From a virus (Duplodnaviria > Caudoviricetes): a stretch of 54,161 bases of DNA. Made by a program: the position numbers and the translations under genes. This document shows positions 39,346-49,696 of the stretch, piece by piece (within the stretch, counting starts at the first letter, position 1; every line of letters begins with the position of its first letter). The stretch covers positions 1-54,161 of the IMG/VR virus record IMGVR_UViG_3300043446_003900; one strand, written 5' to 3'. The notes beneath the pieces were generated by a model, which was given only the letters and a program-made list of their open reading frames with translations, made no database searches and was not told the origin of the DNA.

Positions 39346-39744
39346 TTATAAACTATGAAGTGCCTGAGTTGCTTCCTGAAGTTTTAATTGTCCTTCAGAC
39401 TTTTTTTGTGCTGCTAAAGTTTCATCACCCTCCTGTCTTATAATTTGTGATTCACCAAATAATGATTGTGCTTCAAAATAAGGAACGGCAACACTATTAT
39501 ACTCTGCTTCGGTTAAAACCTGAACACTATTTTTTCCACAAGGACTTGCAATAGTTGATACTGATGTGCTATCAGGAAGTTCTGCAAGGCAAACTTCAAC
39601 TCCATCAACATCAGTTAACCAAACTTTTACATCCAGTCCTAGATACTCTTTCCAAGGATGTCTTTTATATTTTACAGAACAAGGTTCTTCACAACAAAAT
39701 GTATTGCGTTCATCGTCAACATAATAGTGTTTAATATATTGCAT
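39346..39744 (-). CDS. Hypothetical protein
   Basis: 132-aa ORF co-oriented with the cluster; no family recognised. Confidence 0.7.
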   Translation of the reverse strand: MQYIKHYYVDDERNTFCCEEPCSVKYKRHPWKEYLGLDVKVWLTDVDGVEVCLAELPDSTSVSTIASPCGKNSVQVLTEAEYNSVAVPYFEAQSLFGESQIIRQEGDETLAAQKKSEGQLKLQEATQALHSL

Positions 39745-39760
39745 GTTTAATTCTACAGTT

Positions 39761-40426
39761 TCAATTATTTATGGGAATCCCATATTTTTGTGATAGTTCA
39801 AGATTTTGTTCTTCCATTGTTTGGAATCCTTTTACTTGTGCCCAACAAACGATACTGTATCGTTTTCCTTTTGTAACTGGTTCAACGCCGTGTTTATAAT
39901 GACGATTTGATGGAAAACAAATTAACATTCCTGGTTCTGGACGAATACGAATTTTAAGATCAGGAAATATAAAATCACCACCCTCAAAATCATCATTCAA
40001 ATAAAACACCATTGAAAGATCACGATCAGTAGATTTCTTCCAAATCAATTCTCCCTTTGGTGTTTGCCATAAGGATTCTCCGTCAAGATGAGGACAATAA
40101 TGACCTCCAACACTATAAGAAAGTATTTGTGGAACTTCACTTTGACTGATTTGAACACCATAAAATGGATTAATAATTTCTCTTACAGTATCTTTAAATA
40201 AATCTACAATTTTGGGAAACAATGGACCCATTTCAACATGTTGAGTATCTCTCACATTCTTATCTACTCTCCATTGTTTTGTTCCAGTCTCATTTGACTT
40301 TTGTGGATCAAATACAGATAAATCAGTTTTTTGAGATGTTTCAATATGATGACGGATTTCTCTTAATCCAGTTTCATTAATAATATTTGGTCTTATCAGA
40401 ATATAAGATAAAGGATTATCAATCAT
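39761..40426 (-). CDS. 2OG-Fe(II) oxygenase (prolyl-4-hydroxylase-like)
   Basis: HLD...RDLSMVFYLNDDFEGG...FPS...HGVEPVTKGKRYSIV. Confidence 0.9.
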   Translation of the reverse strand: MIDNPLSYILIRPNIINETGLREIRHHIETSQKTDLSVFDPQKSNETGTKQWRVDKNVRDTQHVEMGPLFPKIVDLFKDTVREIINPFYGVQISQSEVPQILSYSVGGHYCPHLDGESLWQTPKGELIWKKSTDRDLSMVFYLNDDFEGGDFIFPDLKIRIRPEPGMLICFPSNRHYKHGVEPVTKGKRYSIVCWAQVKGFQTMEEQNLELSQKYGIPINN

Positions 40427-40438
40427 AAAGTTTTAATT

Positions 40439-40447
40439 ATTATAACA
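40439..40447 (-). promoter_or_regulatory. Extended -10 promoter TGTTATAAT (copy 3)
   Basis: TGTTATAATAATTAAAACTTTATG just after the propeller stop codon. Confidence 0.65.
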
Positions 40448-40451
40448 TATA

Positions 40452-42461
40452 TTATACTATATTTGTAACAATTTTCTTCACTGGAAATGCGCCACTTGAT
40501 GCGGCAAGGTTATCACGAGCAGTACTTAAAACAGCACTGGGATTGATAGTCGTAATATCTGTTGAATAAGTTAATTTATCCACAGTTGATAATCGTGTAG
40601 GACCAGGAGTAGCACCACCACCAAAATATCCTGCCGTTGAGGATCCTGTTGCGGCATTACCAAAACGAGCAGCACTTAAAATAGCACCGGGAATAGCAGC
40701 AGTTGTATCAGTTGAATAAGTTAACTTATCCATTTTTGATGTTAATGGAAGACCACCACCAAAGTATCCTGCTGTTAAAGATCCTGTTGCACCACAACGA
40801 TAAGTACTAGCAGTTAAATTAGCACCAGGAGTGAATGCAGTTGTATCGGTTGAATAAGTTAATTTATCCATTCTGCTTTGTACCCCAGGAACTCTACCAC
40901 CACCAAAGTACCCCACTAGTCCGTTTCCTGTTGCCGCAAGATAAAAAGAACCAATACTTAAATTAGCACCAGGAGTATAAGCAGTTGTATCAGACGCATA
41001 AGTTAATTTATCCATTCTTGAATGGAATGTTGCTGCTGGTTGAAGACCAGCACCAAAATATCCTGCTGTTGAGGATCCTGTTGCAGCAGAACCATAACGA
41101 ATAGTACTTAAATTAGCGCCAGGAGTATATGCAGTTGTATCGGATGAATAAGTTAACTTATCCATTGTTGATACTACACTGCCAGTAGTACCACCACCAA
41201 AATATCCTGCTGTTGAGTTTCCTGTTGCGGCAATAGAGTCACGAGCAGAACTTAAAATAGCACCGGGAATAGCAGCAGTTGTATCGGTTGAATAAGTTAA
41301 CTTATCCATTGTTGATACTACACTACCAGTAGTGCCACCACCAAAATATCCTACATTTGAAGTGACACTATCAAGAACTTGTGAAGTTGTTGAAGTTGAT
41401 GTTGGGTTTGGTTGTGCTCCCAAACTTCCAGTACCAAAATTAACTGACAGTGTTGCTGCAGCAGGTACTCCATTTGCTCTGGCACTTGATGCAGCAAAAC
41501 TATTACGAACAGCACTTAAATTGGCACCAGGAGTATATGCAGTTGTATCGGTTGAATAAGTTAACTTATCCATTCTTGATACAGCTGCAGGAACATTATC
41601 AGTACCACCACCAAAGTATCCTGCCGTTGAAGATCCTGTTGCGGTAAGATATCGACGACCAGCAGTTAAGTTAGCACTAGAAGGAAGATTGGAAGTAATT
41701 TCCGTTGAATAAACTAATTTTGCAACTTCACTTGCTACAGTTCCACCACCAACAAAACCACCACCAAAATATCCTGCTGTTGTATTTCCTGTTGCACCAG
41801 CAACCTGACGACTACTAGGTAAATTAGCACTAGGGATGGCAGAAGTTGTATCGGATGAATAAGTCAACTTATCTACTCTTGTATAATAAGTACCAGAAAA
41901 ATCACCACCGCCAACAAAGTATCCTGCTGTTGAGGATCCTGTTGCCATCAACCTTTGACGAGCAATACTTAAATTAGCACCAGGAGTATATGCTGTAGTA
42001 TCAGTTGAATAAGTTAATTTATCCATTATTGTTGTATTAGTAGCACCGCCACCAAAATATCCTACTGCTACAGATCCTGTTGCACCCATAAAAGTACGAG
42101 CAGAACTTAAATTAGCACCAGGAGCAGCAGCAGTTGTATCGGTTGAATAAGTTAACTTATCCGTTGTTGATCCAGCAGAACCACCACTAAAGTATCCTGC
42201 TGTCGGAGATCCTGTTGCACCATGAGAATCACGATTAGAACTTAAATTAGCACCAGGAGTATAAGCAGTTGTATCAGTTGAATAAGTGACCTTATCCATT
42301 CGTGAATATGCTGCAATACCACCACCAAAATAACCTGTGTTTGGTGAAGTTCCCACAGGTGAAGGTAAAACCCAAACATCATTAAGATTTACCCACTCAT
42401 CAGATAATGATATATCTACGATGTCTATTAATGCAAATACACCCCGAGTGTCAGTGGCCAT
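40452..42461 (-). CDS. Kelch-like double beta-propeller protein (12 repeats), paralog 3
   Basis: 12 repeats of GYFGGG...MDKLTYSTDTT...PGANLS..R...ATG arranged 6+6 around a Thr/Ser-rich linker. Confidence 0.85.
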   Translation of the reverse strand: MATDTRGVFALIDIVDISLSDEWVNLNDVWVLPSPVGTSPNTGYFGGGIAAYSRMDKVTYSTDTTAYTPGANLSSNRDSHGATGSPTAGYFSGGSAGSTTDKLTYSTDTTAAAPGANLSSARTFMGATGSVAVGYFGGGATNTTIMDKLTYSTDTTAYTPGANLSIARQRLMATGSSTAGYFVGGGDFSGTYYTRVDKLTYSSDTTSAIPSANLPSSRQVAGATGNTTAGYFGGGFVGGGTVASEVAKLVYSTEITSNLPSSANLTAGRRYLTATGSSTAGYFGGGTDNVPAAVSRMDKLTYSTDTTAYTPGANLSAVRNSFAASSARANGVPAAATLSVNFGTGSLGAQPNPTSTSTTSQVLDSVTSNVGYFGGGTTGSVVSTMDKLTYSTDTTAAIPGAILSSARDSIAATGNSTAGYFGGGTTGSVVSTMDKLTYSSDTTAYTPGANLSTIRYGSAATGSSTAGYFGAGLQPAATFHSRMDKLTYASDTTAYTPGANLSIGSFYLAATGNGLVGYFGGGRVPGVQSRMDKLTYSTDTTAFTPGANLTASTYRCGATGSLTAGYFGGGLPLTSKMDKLTYSTDTTAAIPGAILSAARFGNAATGSSTAGYFGGGATPGPTRLSTVDKLTYSTDITTINPSAVLSTARDNLAASSGAFPVKKIVTNIV

Positions 42462-42981
42462 TCTTTAATATTATTTTTTGATACAGCATAGAAGTATTTA
42501 GATCTTGCCCAAATCCTTTACCATAAGAATGCCAACGATTTGCACGAAATAAAATCATACGATTATACTTTGCGGAAATACTTCCATACTCCTTCCATAA
42601 GTCGGGATTGTTTGCAAAAATATTCAACAAATTATTTTCTTGAAGATTATATTTAACCTTTTCTTCTTCTGTTGGAAATGTTTCAAGTCCAGTGACACGA
42701 TGGGAATAAAACTTCATTCCAAATTCACCAAAGGAAACCAATGGTAAAGATAGATAAATTACAACAATCCAATCAGCAAGTAAGTGAGCACACACAGAAG
42801 TATTTTGGTTCTCACTCAACACTTCATTCGTTGCACTGATAATTTCTATTTTATTACCAACAATGTTACTCAACTTATCATAAGTCTCATTGGTAATGAC
42901 ACACTGGTTTTCAAAAAAACCTTTATGATATTGGTGTGGAATATCATAAAGGTTATCTACAATGACAATAGACTGGTTCAT
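42451..42981 (-). CDS. DUF6445-like 2OG-Fe(II) oxygenase-fold protein (divergent)
   Basis: IVIVDNLY...IYL...KYNRMILF...WHS...FG; paralog of 49058-49672 but lacking the HxD Asp. Confidence 0.65.
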   Translation of the reverse strand: MNQSIVIVDNLYDIPHQYHKGFFENQCVITNETYDKLSNIVGNKIEIISATNEVLSENQNTSVCAHLLADWIVVIYLSLPLVSFGEFGMKFYSHRVTGLETFPTEEEKVKYNLQENNLLNIFANNPDLWKEYGSISAKYNRMILFRANRWHSYGKGFGQDLNTSMLYQKIILKNGH

Positions 42982-43835
42982 TGTGCTATATTATTACCTT
43001 CAATTTGTTTGTTTTCTACACCAGGTGAAATTGCTGCACCATAACCAAGATCCTTCCCAGAAACTTTTTCATATCCCTTCATTACCTTGCTTTGAAGATC
43101 TGCAATAAACTCTTGTCTTCCTTGTGGATCAAGAAGTTTATTCATAGGTAGATAACCTTCGCTGAATTGATTTTTCTCATCCACAATAGGAGGTGCAGAT
43201 GCTTGACGCATTGCAGTAATATTTGCACCAGAAATACCAGTTTGTGCTGAAAGAAGATCATCAAGTGCCTGCTGGGCAAGACGAGTATCCCAATAGTTTT
43301 CATTCTCTTTCAGGAACTGTTCTCTGGAAGGAGGAGTACCACCATTTCTTTCAACCAGTTTATTCAACATCTTATCCAGATGTTCCATTTGATGCATACG
43401 ATCACGAATTTCTAATTCTGAATTTTTCAGATAATGCATCAGTTCAAGTTCTTCAAGATCATACCAACAGAGTTTCTTATGACCACCACCAGGTCCACCA
43501 ATTTCCCACATAATTGGTTGAGTTTTATCTTTATCATGCCACTTATATTCAAATTCACGAACTCGTTCTTTCATTTCAATGAGTTTGAACATATAACCAG
43601 ATGCCATTCCACGTCGCTCTTTGAGAATATGTTCAAAGGTCACTGAAATGTTATGAGTGTTCATACCAATGAACTTCTCAATCTGGAAGTTAGTTCTTCC
43701 TTGTGCTAGTTCCTTGTCACTTTCTTCCCAAGTAAATACATTTTGGGATGCTAATTTTAAAAAAGTGTCGTCATTAACTGCTTGCTCAGCATTAATTGGA
43801 TTATAAGAAAGCGCAGAAGAGTTGTCAGTAGTCAT
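42978..43835 (-). CDS. Hypothetical helical protein
   Basis: 285-aa ORF (FQIEKFI...YWDTRLAQQA) downstream of a TATAAATA promoter. Confidence 0.75.
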   Translation of the reverse strand: MTTDNSSALSYNPINAEQAVNDDTFLKLASQNVFTWEESDKELAQGRTNFQIEKFIGMNTHNISVTFEHILKERRGMASGYMFKLIEMKERVREFEYKWHDKDKTQPIMWEIGGPGGGHKKLCWYDLEELELMHYLKNSELEIRDRMHQMEHLDKMLNKLVERNGGTPPSREQFLKENENYWDTRLAQQALDDLLSAQTGISGANITAMRQASAPPIVDEKNQFSEGYLPMNKLLDPQGRQEFIADLQSKVMKGYEKVSGKDLGYGAAISPGVENKQIEGNNIAQ

Positions 43836-43907
43836 ACTATCCTCATTAATTTTGTAAGTCGTTTGGTCTAATTATATGTTCAAAAACATAATTAGAAATT
43901 ATAAAAG

Positions 43908-43915
43908 TATTTATA
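43908..43915 (-). promoter_or_regulatory. Consensus T4 late promoter TATAAATA
   Basis: Plus-strand tatttata right after the stop of the GT4-FkbM gene. Confidence 0.65.
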
Positions 43916-45514
43916 TTATACTCCAAAACCTTTATTGCGATTTTGATTAATTGCAAAGAAAGTTCCAGAAGATAATCCTTGTTCTTCTGATCCTGAATTT
44001 TGTGTTACCTTTTCAATTTTAAATCCATTAAATTTCAAATATTTAAAAAGCATTTCTTCATTATAGGATGTCATACCAATATGATATTCACCGACAATTT
44101 TTTCAACCTTATGAAGTAACTTTGAATTCATTAGAATTTCATATTCAGATCCTTCTACATCTAGTTTGAGTAACTTAACTTTTTGAAACTTGAACAGAAT
44201 ATCATCCAAAGAAATTGTTTCCACTTGAATAGGAACAAATTGTCCTTCTTCAAAATGAGTTTTATAGAATGAATTTAGACCAGTGTTTGGTTTATTTGGT
44301 AGGGTATAAAACTCCAAATACTCATTAGAAGTTTTCCATACAGCAAGATTATATGCAGCAAAGTGCTTATAGTTTGAGAGATTAGATCTCATCAATGAAT
44401 AATTATTTGGTTCTGCTTCATATGCAAATACATTTTTACAACCTTTGTCCATACAAAGTTTGCTGAAATATCCTGCGTGTCCACCAATATCAATCACTAC
44501 ATCGTGCTCATTAAAGGTATCAACTTCATAGGAATTTTCAACATAAACTTCATTAAAGATCCAATCGTCCATTGTTTGAGGACGGAAAGAAACTGAATGA
44601 GTTGTAGAACCAGTTAAAGTTTCAATTGTATTTTTCCACATTTCAGAAACTCGTTTCCAGTTATATCGTTCTGAAACATAATCTGAAATGAGTTTAGAAA
44701 CTTCGTGATAATATTTTTGTTCCTTATCATAATATTCCAATGCCATACAACAAGCATTGACAAAATTAATCAAAAAGTTATCTGTAACTTTCCAACCTTT
44801 GGATGTATTCTCACCTTCAATCGGAACAACAGTAGCATTCTTTTCACCAGCAACTTCTGCAAGTGCTCCAATGTTGGTAATGATTGGATATGCACCACAC
44901 TTCATTGCTTCTGTCATTGCAACACAAAATGTTTCTTCCCAGATATTTGGATGAATAAAGAATGCAGATTCCTGATAGTGTTTGACTAATTCTTCACGAT
45001 CAACAGCAGGAGAATACTCAACATTTTTCATTGTTTTTAAATGATCATAAAGTTGAAGATATGGATCATTTGAAGGCCCATACAAAGACATTGAAGAAAA
45101 GATTTTAAACTTTGTATCTGGATGAACCTGATGAATCATAGGAATAATTCTTGCCAGAACTTCAAGACCCTTATAAGGAATTGAAGTGAAAATCATCGTC
45201 TTTGTTTTCTGATTTGAATAGGTAAACATTTCAGCAATTCCTGTTGGAATCACTGTGATCTTATGTTCTGGAACATTATGATACTTCATAAATTGTTCCT
45301 TGTTCCATTGAGAAGGAGAAACAATATGATGGAGAATATGATGATCAAAGTTTAAAAAGAATTGCTGATCATATGCATGTTGTGCCCAGAGAATTTTATA
45401 CTCGTGATTAGACTTTTTAATTTCTTCTGGTAAATGATGAACAAAAACATTATCTGGAATTTTATAATGTTCTTCCAGATAAAAATAAGAAGATTCCGTT
45501 GCTCCAGATTTCAT
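43916..45514 (-). CDS. GT4 glycosyltransferase fused to an FkbM methyltransferase
   Basis: KGLE...EETFCVAMTEAMKCG...GALAE; then VIDIGGHAG...YEAEP...LKLDVEGSEY. Confidence 0.88.
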   Translation of the reverse strand: MKSGATESSYFYLEEHYKIPDNVFVHHLPEEIKKSNHEYKILWAQHAYDQQFFLNFDHHILHHIVSPSQWNKEQFMKYHNVPEHKITVIPTGIAEMFTYSNQKTKTMIFTSIPYKGLEVLARIIPMIHQVHPDTKFKIFSSMSLYGPSNDPYLQLYDHLKTMKNVEYSPAVDREELVKHYQESAFFIHPNIWEETFCVAMTEAMKCGAYPIITNIGALAEVAGEKNATVVPIEGENTSKGWKVTDNFLINFVNACCMALEYYDKEQKYYHEVSKLISDYVSERYNWKRVSEMWKNTIETLTGSTTHSVSFRPQTMDDWIFNEVYVENSYEVDTFNEHDVVIDIGGHAGYFSKLCMDKGCKNVFAYEAEPNNYSLMRSNLSNYKHFAAYNLAVWKTSNEYLEFYTLPNKPNTGLNSFYKTHFEEGQFVPIQVETISLDDILFKFQKVKLLKLDVEGSEYEILMNSKLLHKVEKIVGEYHIGMTSYNEEMLFKYLKFNGFKIEKVTQNSGSEEQGLSSGTFFAINQNRNKGFGV

Positions 45515-45518
45515 AATA

Positions 45519-46172
45519 CTATCCTTGATAAATGTGATAACCAGTATGATTTAAACGAATTGTTGTGTCTAACCAAATATCATAACCGACTTGTTGTGCT
45601 CTATGAAAAAAACTTTTGTCTTCTGACATAAATGAATTTTGAGTTTTATGTTCCGCAAAGTAATGATAAGAATTATTCATTTCAGCATCTGTATGAGGAG
45701 TATCTGAATGATAATCGGATGGAATATATTTTAGACCTGGATATTGTTTTGTAATGTCAAGAAAAACTTGACGATGAATAAGAACAAATCCCATTCCGTT
45801 ACCATTAATTTTTACAAGATCTCCTTGTCGTTGCTCTGGTTGAATAACTTCTACACAATATCGTTCTGGGATTATCTTCATCGGATAAGCACCAGAAACG
45901 ATTGGAAGTTGATATGATAGTAATTTTATCACATCTTGTGGATTAAATCCAATATCACTGTCCAAAAAGAAAAGATAGTCGTGCTCCGTATTATTGATGA
46001 AAAAACTTGCGATCTTTGATCTTGCCTGACTGATCAAAGAAGAATTTGTCAGCGTTAAAAGTCCGTGATCTATATTTGCACGAACTAATGCTTTTCCTAA
46101 ATTGAAAAGTCCAAGTGTTGTTTTCTCACTCACTATTCCCCCACTACACGGGAGACCAATCATTATACTCAT
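45519..46172 (-). CDS. GT-A fold glycosyltransferase-like protein
   Basis: SLISQARS...YLFFLDSDIGF...GAYP...GMGFVLIHR...SED..F...LNHTG. Confidence 0.75.
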   Translation of the reverse strand: MSIMIGLPCSGGIVSEKTTLGLFNLGKALVRANIDHGLLTLTNSSLISQARSKIASFFINNTEHDYLFFLDSDIGFNPQDVIKLLSYQLPIVSGAYPMKIIPERYCVEVIQPEQRQGDLVKINGNGMGFVLIHRQVFLDITKQYPGLKYIPSDYHSDTPHTDAEMNNSYHYFAEHKTQNSFMSEDKSFFHRAQQVGYDIWLDTTIRLNHTGYHIYQG

Positions 46173-46187
46173 ATAAAGTTTTTAATT

Positions 46188-46196
46188 ATTATAACA
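46188..46196 (-). promoter_or_regulatory. Extended -10 promoter TGTTATAAT (copy 2)
   Basis: TGTTATAATAATTAAAAACTTTATATG. Confidence 0.65.
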
Positions 46197-46200
46197 CAAA

Positions 46201-48231
46201 TCATACGTTATTTGGAGCTGGAGTTGAATAAGTTGGTTGTGGAAGTGCATTTGCTCTAGCACTTGATGCGGCAGGACGACTGCGATTAGAACTTAAATTA
46301 GCACCTGGAGTGTAAACAGTTGTATCAGTTGAATAAGTTAATTTATCCATTCTTGATACTGGACCGGGACCACCGCCACCAAAATATCCTGCTGTTGAAG
46401 AACCTGTTGCAGCAAGAGAAGAACGATTAGAACTTAAATTGGCACTAGGAGCGTAGGCGGTTGTATCAGTTGAATAAGTCAATTTATCCATTCTTGAATA
46501 AAAAGTAAGCGGAGAAGGAAAAATACCACCTCCAAAGTATCCATGAGTTGAGTTCCCTGTTGCACCAGGATCGTAACGAGCAGCACTTAAATTAGCACCA
46601 GGAGTATATACGGTTGTATCAGTTGAATAAGTTAATTTATCCATTGTTGATACCACGCTAGGACCAGGGGAACCACCACCAAAGTACCCTGAAGTAGAAT
46701 TACCTGTTGATGCAGAAGAAGCACGAGAAGAACTTAAATTAGCACCAGGAGTATATACGGTTGTATCGGTTGAATAAGTTAACTTATCCATTGTTGAAAA
46801 GAAAATACCTCCTCCGAAATATCCCGCAGTGGAATTTCCTGTTGCTGTAACATTACGGGCAGAGCTTAAATTAGCACCAGGAGTAGCAGCAGTTGTATCA
46901 GACGCATAAGTCAATTTATCCATTGTTGAATATGAGTTAACACCTCCACCAAATCCGCCACCAAAATACCCTGCTGTTGAGGATCCTGTTGCACCAAGAC
47001 CATTGCGGGAAATACTTAATGCAGCGGCAGGAATTACTGTTGTCGTATCGGTTGAATAAGTTAACTTATCCATTGTTGAAGAATAACTAGGAATCTCACC
47101 ACCACCAAAGTATCCTGTGTTTGGTGTTGGTACTGATGCAAGTGAAGTTACTGATGTTGGTGTTGCTGCTGGTGGTGTCCCTGGTGTTCCGTCACTAAAT
47201 CTTACTGCTGGTGATGCTGGTGCTGGAAATAATTCAGGTAGTGCATTTGCTCTTGCGCTTGATGCTGCAAGACTATAACGAGAAGCACTTAAGTTAGCAC
47301 CAGGAGTATAAACAATTGTATCAGTTGCATAAGTCAATTTATCCATTCTTGATGCTGGAGCTGGACCGATACCACCACCAAAGTATCCATTAGTAGAAGA
47401 ACCTGTTGCAGCAAGAGCACGACGAGCAAGACTTAAATTAGTACCAGGAACTGATACTGTCGTATCAGTTGAATAAGTTAATTTACTGATTAAAGATAAA
47501 TTAGCGGCAGGAGAAAAACCACCACCAAAATATCCATTAGTTGAGTTTCCTGTTGCAGCAAGATTACTACGAGAAGGACTTAAATTAGCACCAGGAGTAT
47601 ATGCAGTTGTATCGGTTGAATAAGTTAACTTATCCATTGTTGATTTGTAGGCAGGACCAGGAATACCACCACCACCAAAGTATCCTGCTGTTGAATTACC
47701 TGTTGCAGCAAGATAAGCACGAGCATCACTTAAATTAGCACCAGGAGTATAAACGGTTGTATCGGTTGAATAAGTTAACTTATCCATTGTGGTTACAGTT
47801 ATACCACCACCAAAATATCCTGCATTTGAGTTTCCTGTTGCAGTAAGAACCAGGCGAGCAGCACTTAAGTTAGCACCAGGAGTTGCTGCTGTTGTATCAG
47901 ATGAATAAGTGACCTTATCCATTGTAGATGTTGATGAAGGAGTACCTCCACCACCAAAGTATCCTGCTGTTGAATTACCTGTTGCAGCATGAGCATAACG
48001 AACAATACTTAAATTAGCACCAGGAGTGAATACTGTTGTATCAGTTGAATAAGTTAATTTATCCATTCTTGATACTACAGGAGTAGTGCCACCACCAAAG
48101 TATCCAGTATTTGGTGTATATCCAGCAGGGGATGGAGAAATCCAAACATCATTGAGGTTTACCCATTCATCAAATATTTCTTTTTCTGTGATTTTTTCTA
48201 GACTAAAAACTCCCCGTGTATTAACTGCCAT
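46201..48231 (-). CDS. Kelch-like double beta-propeller protein (12 repeats), paralog 2
   Basis: Same 6+6 repeat architecture; N-terminal TRGVF.L...WVNLNDVW. Confidence 0.85.
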   Translation of the reverse strand: MAVNTRGVFSLEKITEKEIFDEWVNLNDVWISPSPAGYTPNTGYFGGGTTPVVSRMDKLTYSTDTTVFTPGANLSIVRYAHAATGNSTAGYFGGGGTPSSTSTMDKVTYSSDTTAATPGANLSAARLVLTATGNSNAGYFGGGITVTTMDKLTYSTDTTVYTPGANLSDARAYLAATGNSTAGYFGGGGIPGPAYKSTMDKLTYSTDTTAYTPGANLSPSRSNLAATGNSTNGYFGGGFSPAANLSLISKLTYSTDTTVSVPGTNLSLARRALAATGSSTNGYFGGGIGPAPASRMDKLTYATDTIVYTPGANLSASRYSLAASSARANALPELFPAPASPAVRFSDGTPGTPPAATPTSVTSLASVPTPNTGYFGGGEIPSYSSTMDKLTYSTDTTTVIPAAALSISRNGLGATGSSTAGYFGGGFGGGVNSYSTMDKLTYASDTTAATPGANLSSARNVTATGNSTAGYFGGGIFFSTMDKLTYSTDTTVYTPGANLSSSRASSASTGNSTSGYFGGGSPGPSVVSTMDKLTYSTDTTVYTPGANLSAARYDPGATGNSTHGYFGGGIFPSPLTFYSRMDKLTYSTDTTAYAPSANLSSNRSSLAATGSSTAGYFGGGGPGPVSRMDKLTYSTDTTVYTPGANLSSNRSRPAASSARANALPQPTYSTPAPNNV

Positions 48232-48234
48232 CTT

Positions 48235-49056
48235 TTAAAAGTACTTATGATTAGAATACTTCCAGTATTCAAGGTTCGTATACCTATTTAGAATATAGGA
48301 ACTCAATATATCCTCTGGGTTCTTTGATTTCTTTTCAATTTTCTTCCGAACATGATGCATATCTTTAAGATACCATTGATCATCAATTTCTCTATGGGTG
48401 TTCTCAATTCTATCAAAGTTATGAGAATAAGAATCAATCTCTAAAAAGTCATAAATCTTCTTTAAGGTCTCATTTGGATTTGAGATTAGATCATCATACT
48501 CAACCATATGTAAGTATTTCTTATCATCACCACGAATAAATGCTTGTGATTGTGCCCAAAGTGCTTGCTCTACAATTCCATCTTTACTCATTAAATAGTC
48601 ACATCGGTTATCATCAGTAATTGATAAACCATTTTCAATCAAATACTGATCCACAAAAGACACTTGATCATTATTGCGTCTTATCATTGTAATAAAGGAT
48701 GTTAGTATCTCTGTTATATTTCTTACTGGGCAAATAATTTTTGGAATTGGAGTAATAAAAGTCTTAATCATTTCAATATTATTACTCCAAGCACGACAAT
48801 GATCAATAATGATTGGTTTTTCTACATCAAAATAATAGTCATCAATGATACTTGAGATCACTTTATGTGCCGACTTTGGTTTTGGATATCCAAGGTATTG
48901 TTCACTATCAACAAAATATTGATTATTATAATGTGTCAATTCTAAAACAGGGCTGACTGGTTCGGTATGAAGTTGTGGATTTTGATTGAGAATACTTTTC
49001 AATAATGTGCTACCAGATCGTGGAAGACCTGCCATAAAATAATAAGTCTTATTCAT
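48235..49056 (-). CDS. Sulfotransferase
   Basis: GLPRSGSTLL PAPS-binding loop; KIICPVRN; YDDL...P..TLKKIYDFL. Confidence 0.88.
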   Translation of the reverse strand: MNKTYYFMAGLPRSGSTLLKSILNQNPQLHTEPVSPVLELTHYNNQYFVDSEQYLGYPKPKSAHKVISSIIDDYYFDVEKPIIIDHCRAWSNNIEMIKTFITPIPKIICPVRNITEILTSFITMIRRNNDQVSFVDQYLIENGLSITDDNRCDYLMSKDGIVEQALWAQSQAFIRGDDKKYLHMVEYDDLISNPNETLKKIYDFLEIDSYSHNFDRIENTHREIDDQWYLKDMHHVRKKIEKKSKNPEDILSSYILNRYTNLEYWKYSNHKYF

Positions 49057-49057
49057 A

Positions 49058-49672
49058 TCACCACTCTATTGGATTAAAAAAGAATAATTGAACCAATCTA
49101 CCATTTTCTAATGTAGTTCCAAAATTATAATTATGAGAATGCCAAAGTCTAGCATTAAAAATCACTAGACGATTATACTTCATTGGTGAGAGAAAGTATC
49201 GTGTCCATTTTGAACGATCCAATCCTTCACCATAAACTGTAGTCCACCACGCTTCTTTGGGAACAGAATATCCAAAATGATTTGCCTCAGGTTGATTTGA
49301 AGGGCAAAACTCCATTTGGGTTTTATTATGTATCCAGAACGATGTACCACCCTCATCAATTACTTGTTCTGGTGTATTTAAATAACAAACTGCTCCCCAT
49401 TCCCAACAAGGATCTACATGAACATCTTGACGGAATGTGTCTGTTTCTAACGATAATCTAAAATATCCATTGGGTTGTGATGGTGTTAACTTAGATTGTA
49501 AAATATTTTCAAACTTTTGATGTAGTTCTTCAGGGTAATATCCAACTTCTGTGTTCTTTCCCGGATAAGTATATTCATCATAAGGTTCTGGATATTCTTG
49601 TTGAAGTGCAAATTGACGAACTTCATCTGGATTTGAATGGAAATCGTCAATGACAATAATATTGCGATTCAT
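49058..49672 (-). CDS. DUF6445-like 2OG-Fe(II) oxygenase
   Basis: IIVIDDF..NPD.VR...YPG...HVD...YLN...GGTSF...KYNRLVIF...HS...RLVQLFF. Confidence 0.8.
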   Translation of the reverse strand: MNRNIIVIDDFHSNPDEVRQFALQQEYPEPYDEYTYPGKNTEVGYYPEELHQKFENILQSKLTPSQPNGYFRLSLETDTFRQDVHVDPCWEWGAVCYLNTPEQVIDEGGTSFWIHNKTQMEFCPSNQPEANHFGYSVPKEAWWTTVYGEGLDRSKWTRYFLSPMKYNRLVIFNARLWHSHNYNFGTTLENGRLVQLFFFNPIEW

Positions 49673-49687
49673 ATAAGGTTTTTAATT

Positions 49688-49696
49688 ATTATAACA
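49688..49696 (-). promoter_or_regulatory. Extended -10 promoter TGTTATAAT (copy 1)
   Basis: TGTTATAATAATTAAAAACCTTATATG. Confidence 0.65.

Noticed and set aside
39761-40426. P4H-like enzyme as the collagen hydroxylase
   Set aside because: The collagen triplets have essentially no Pro or Lys in the Y position, so the substrate cannot be assigned.
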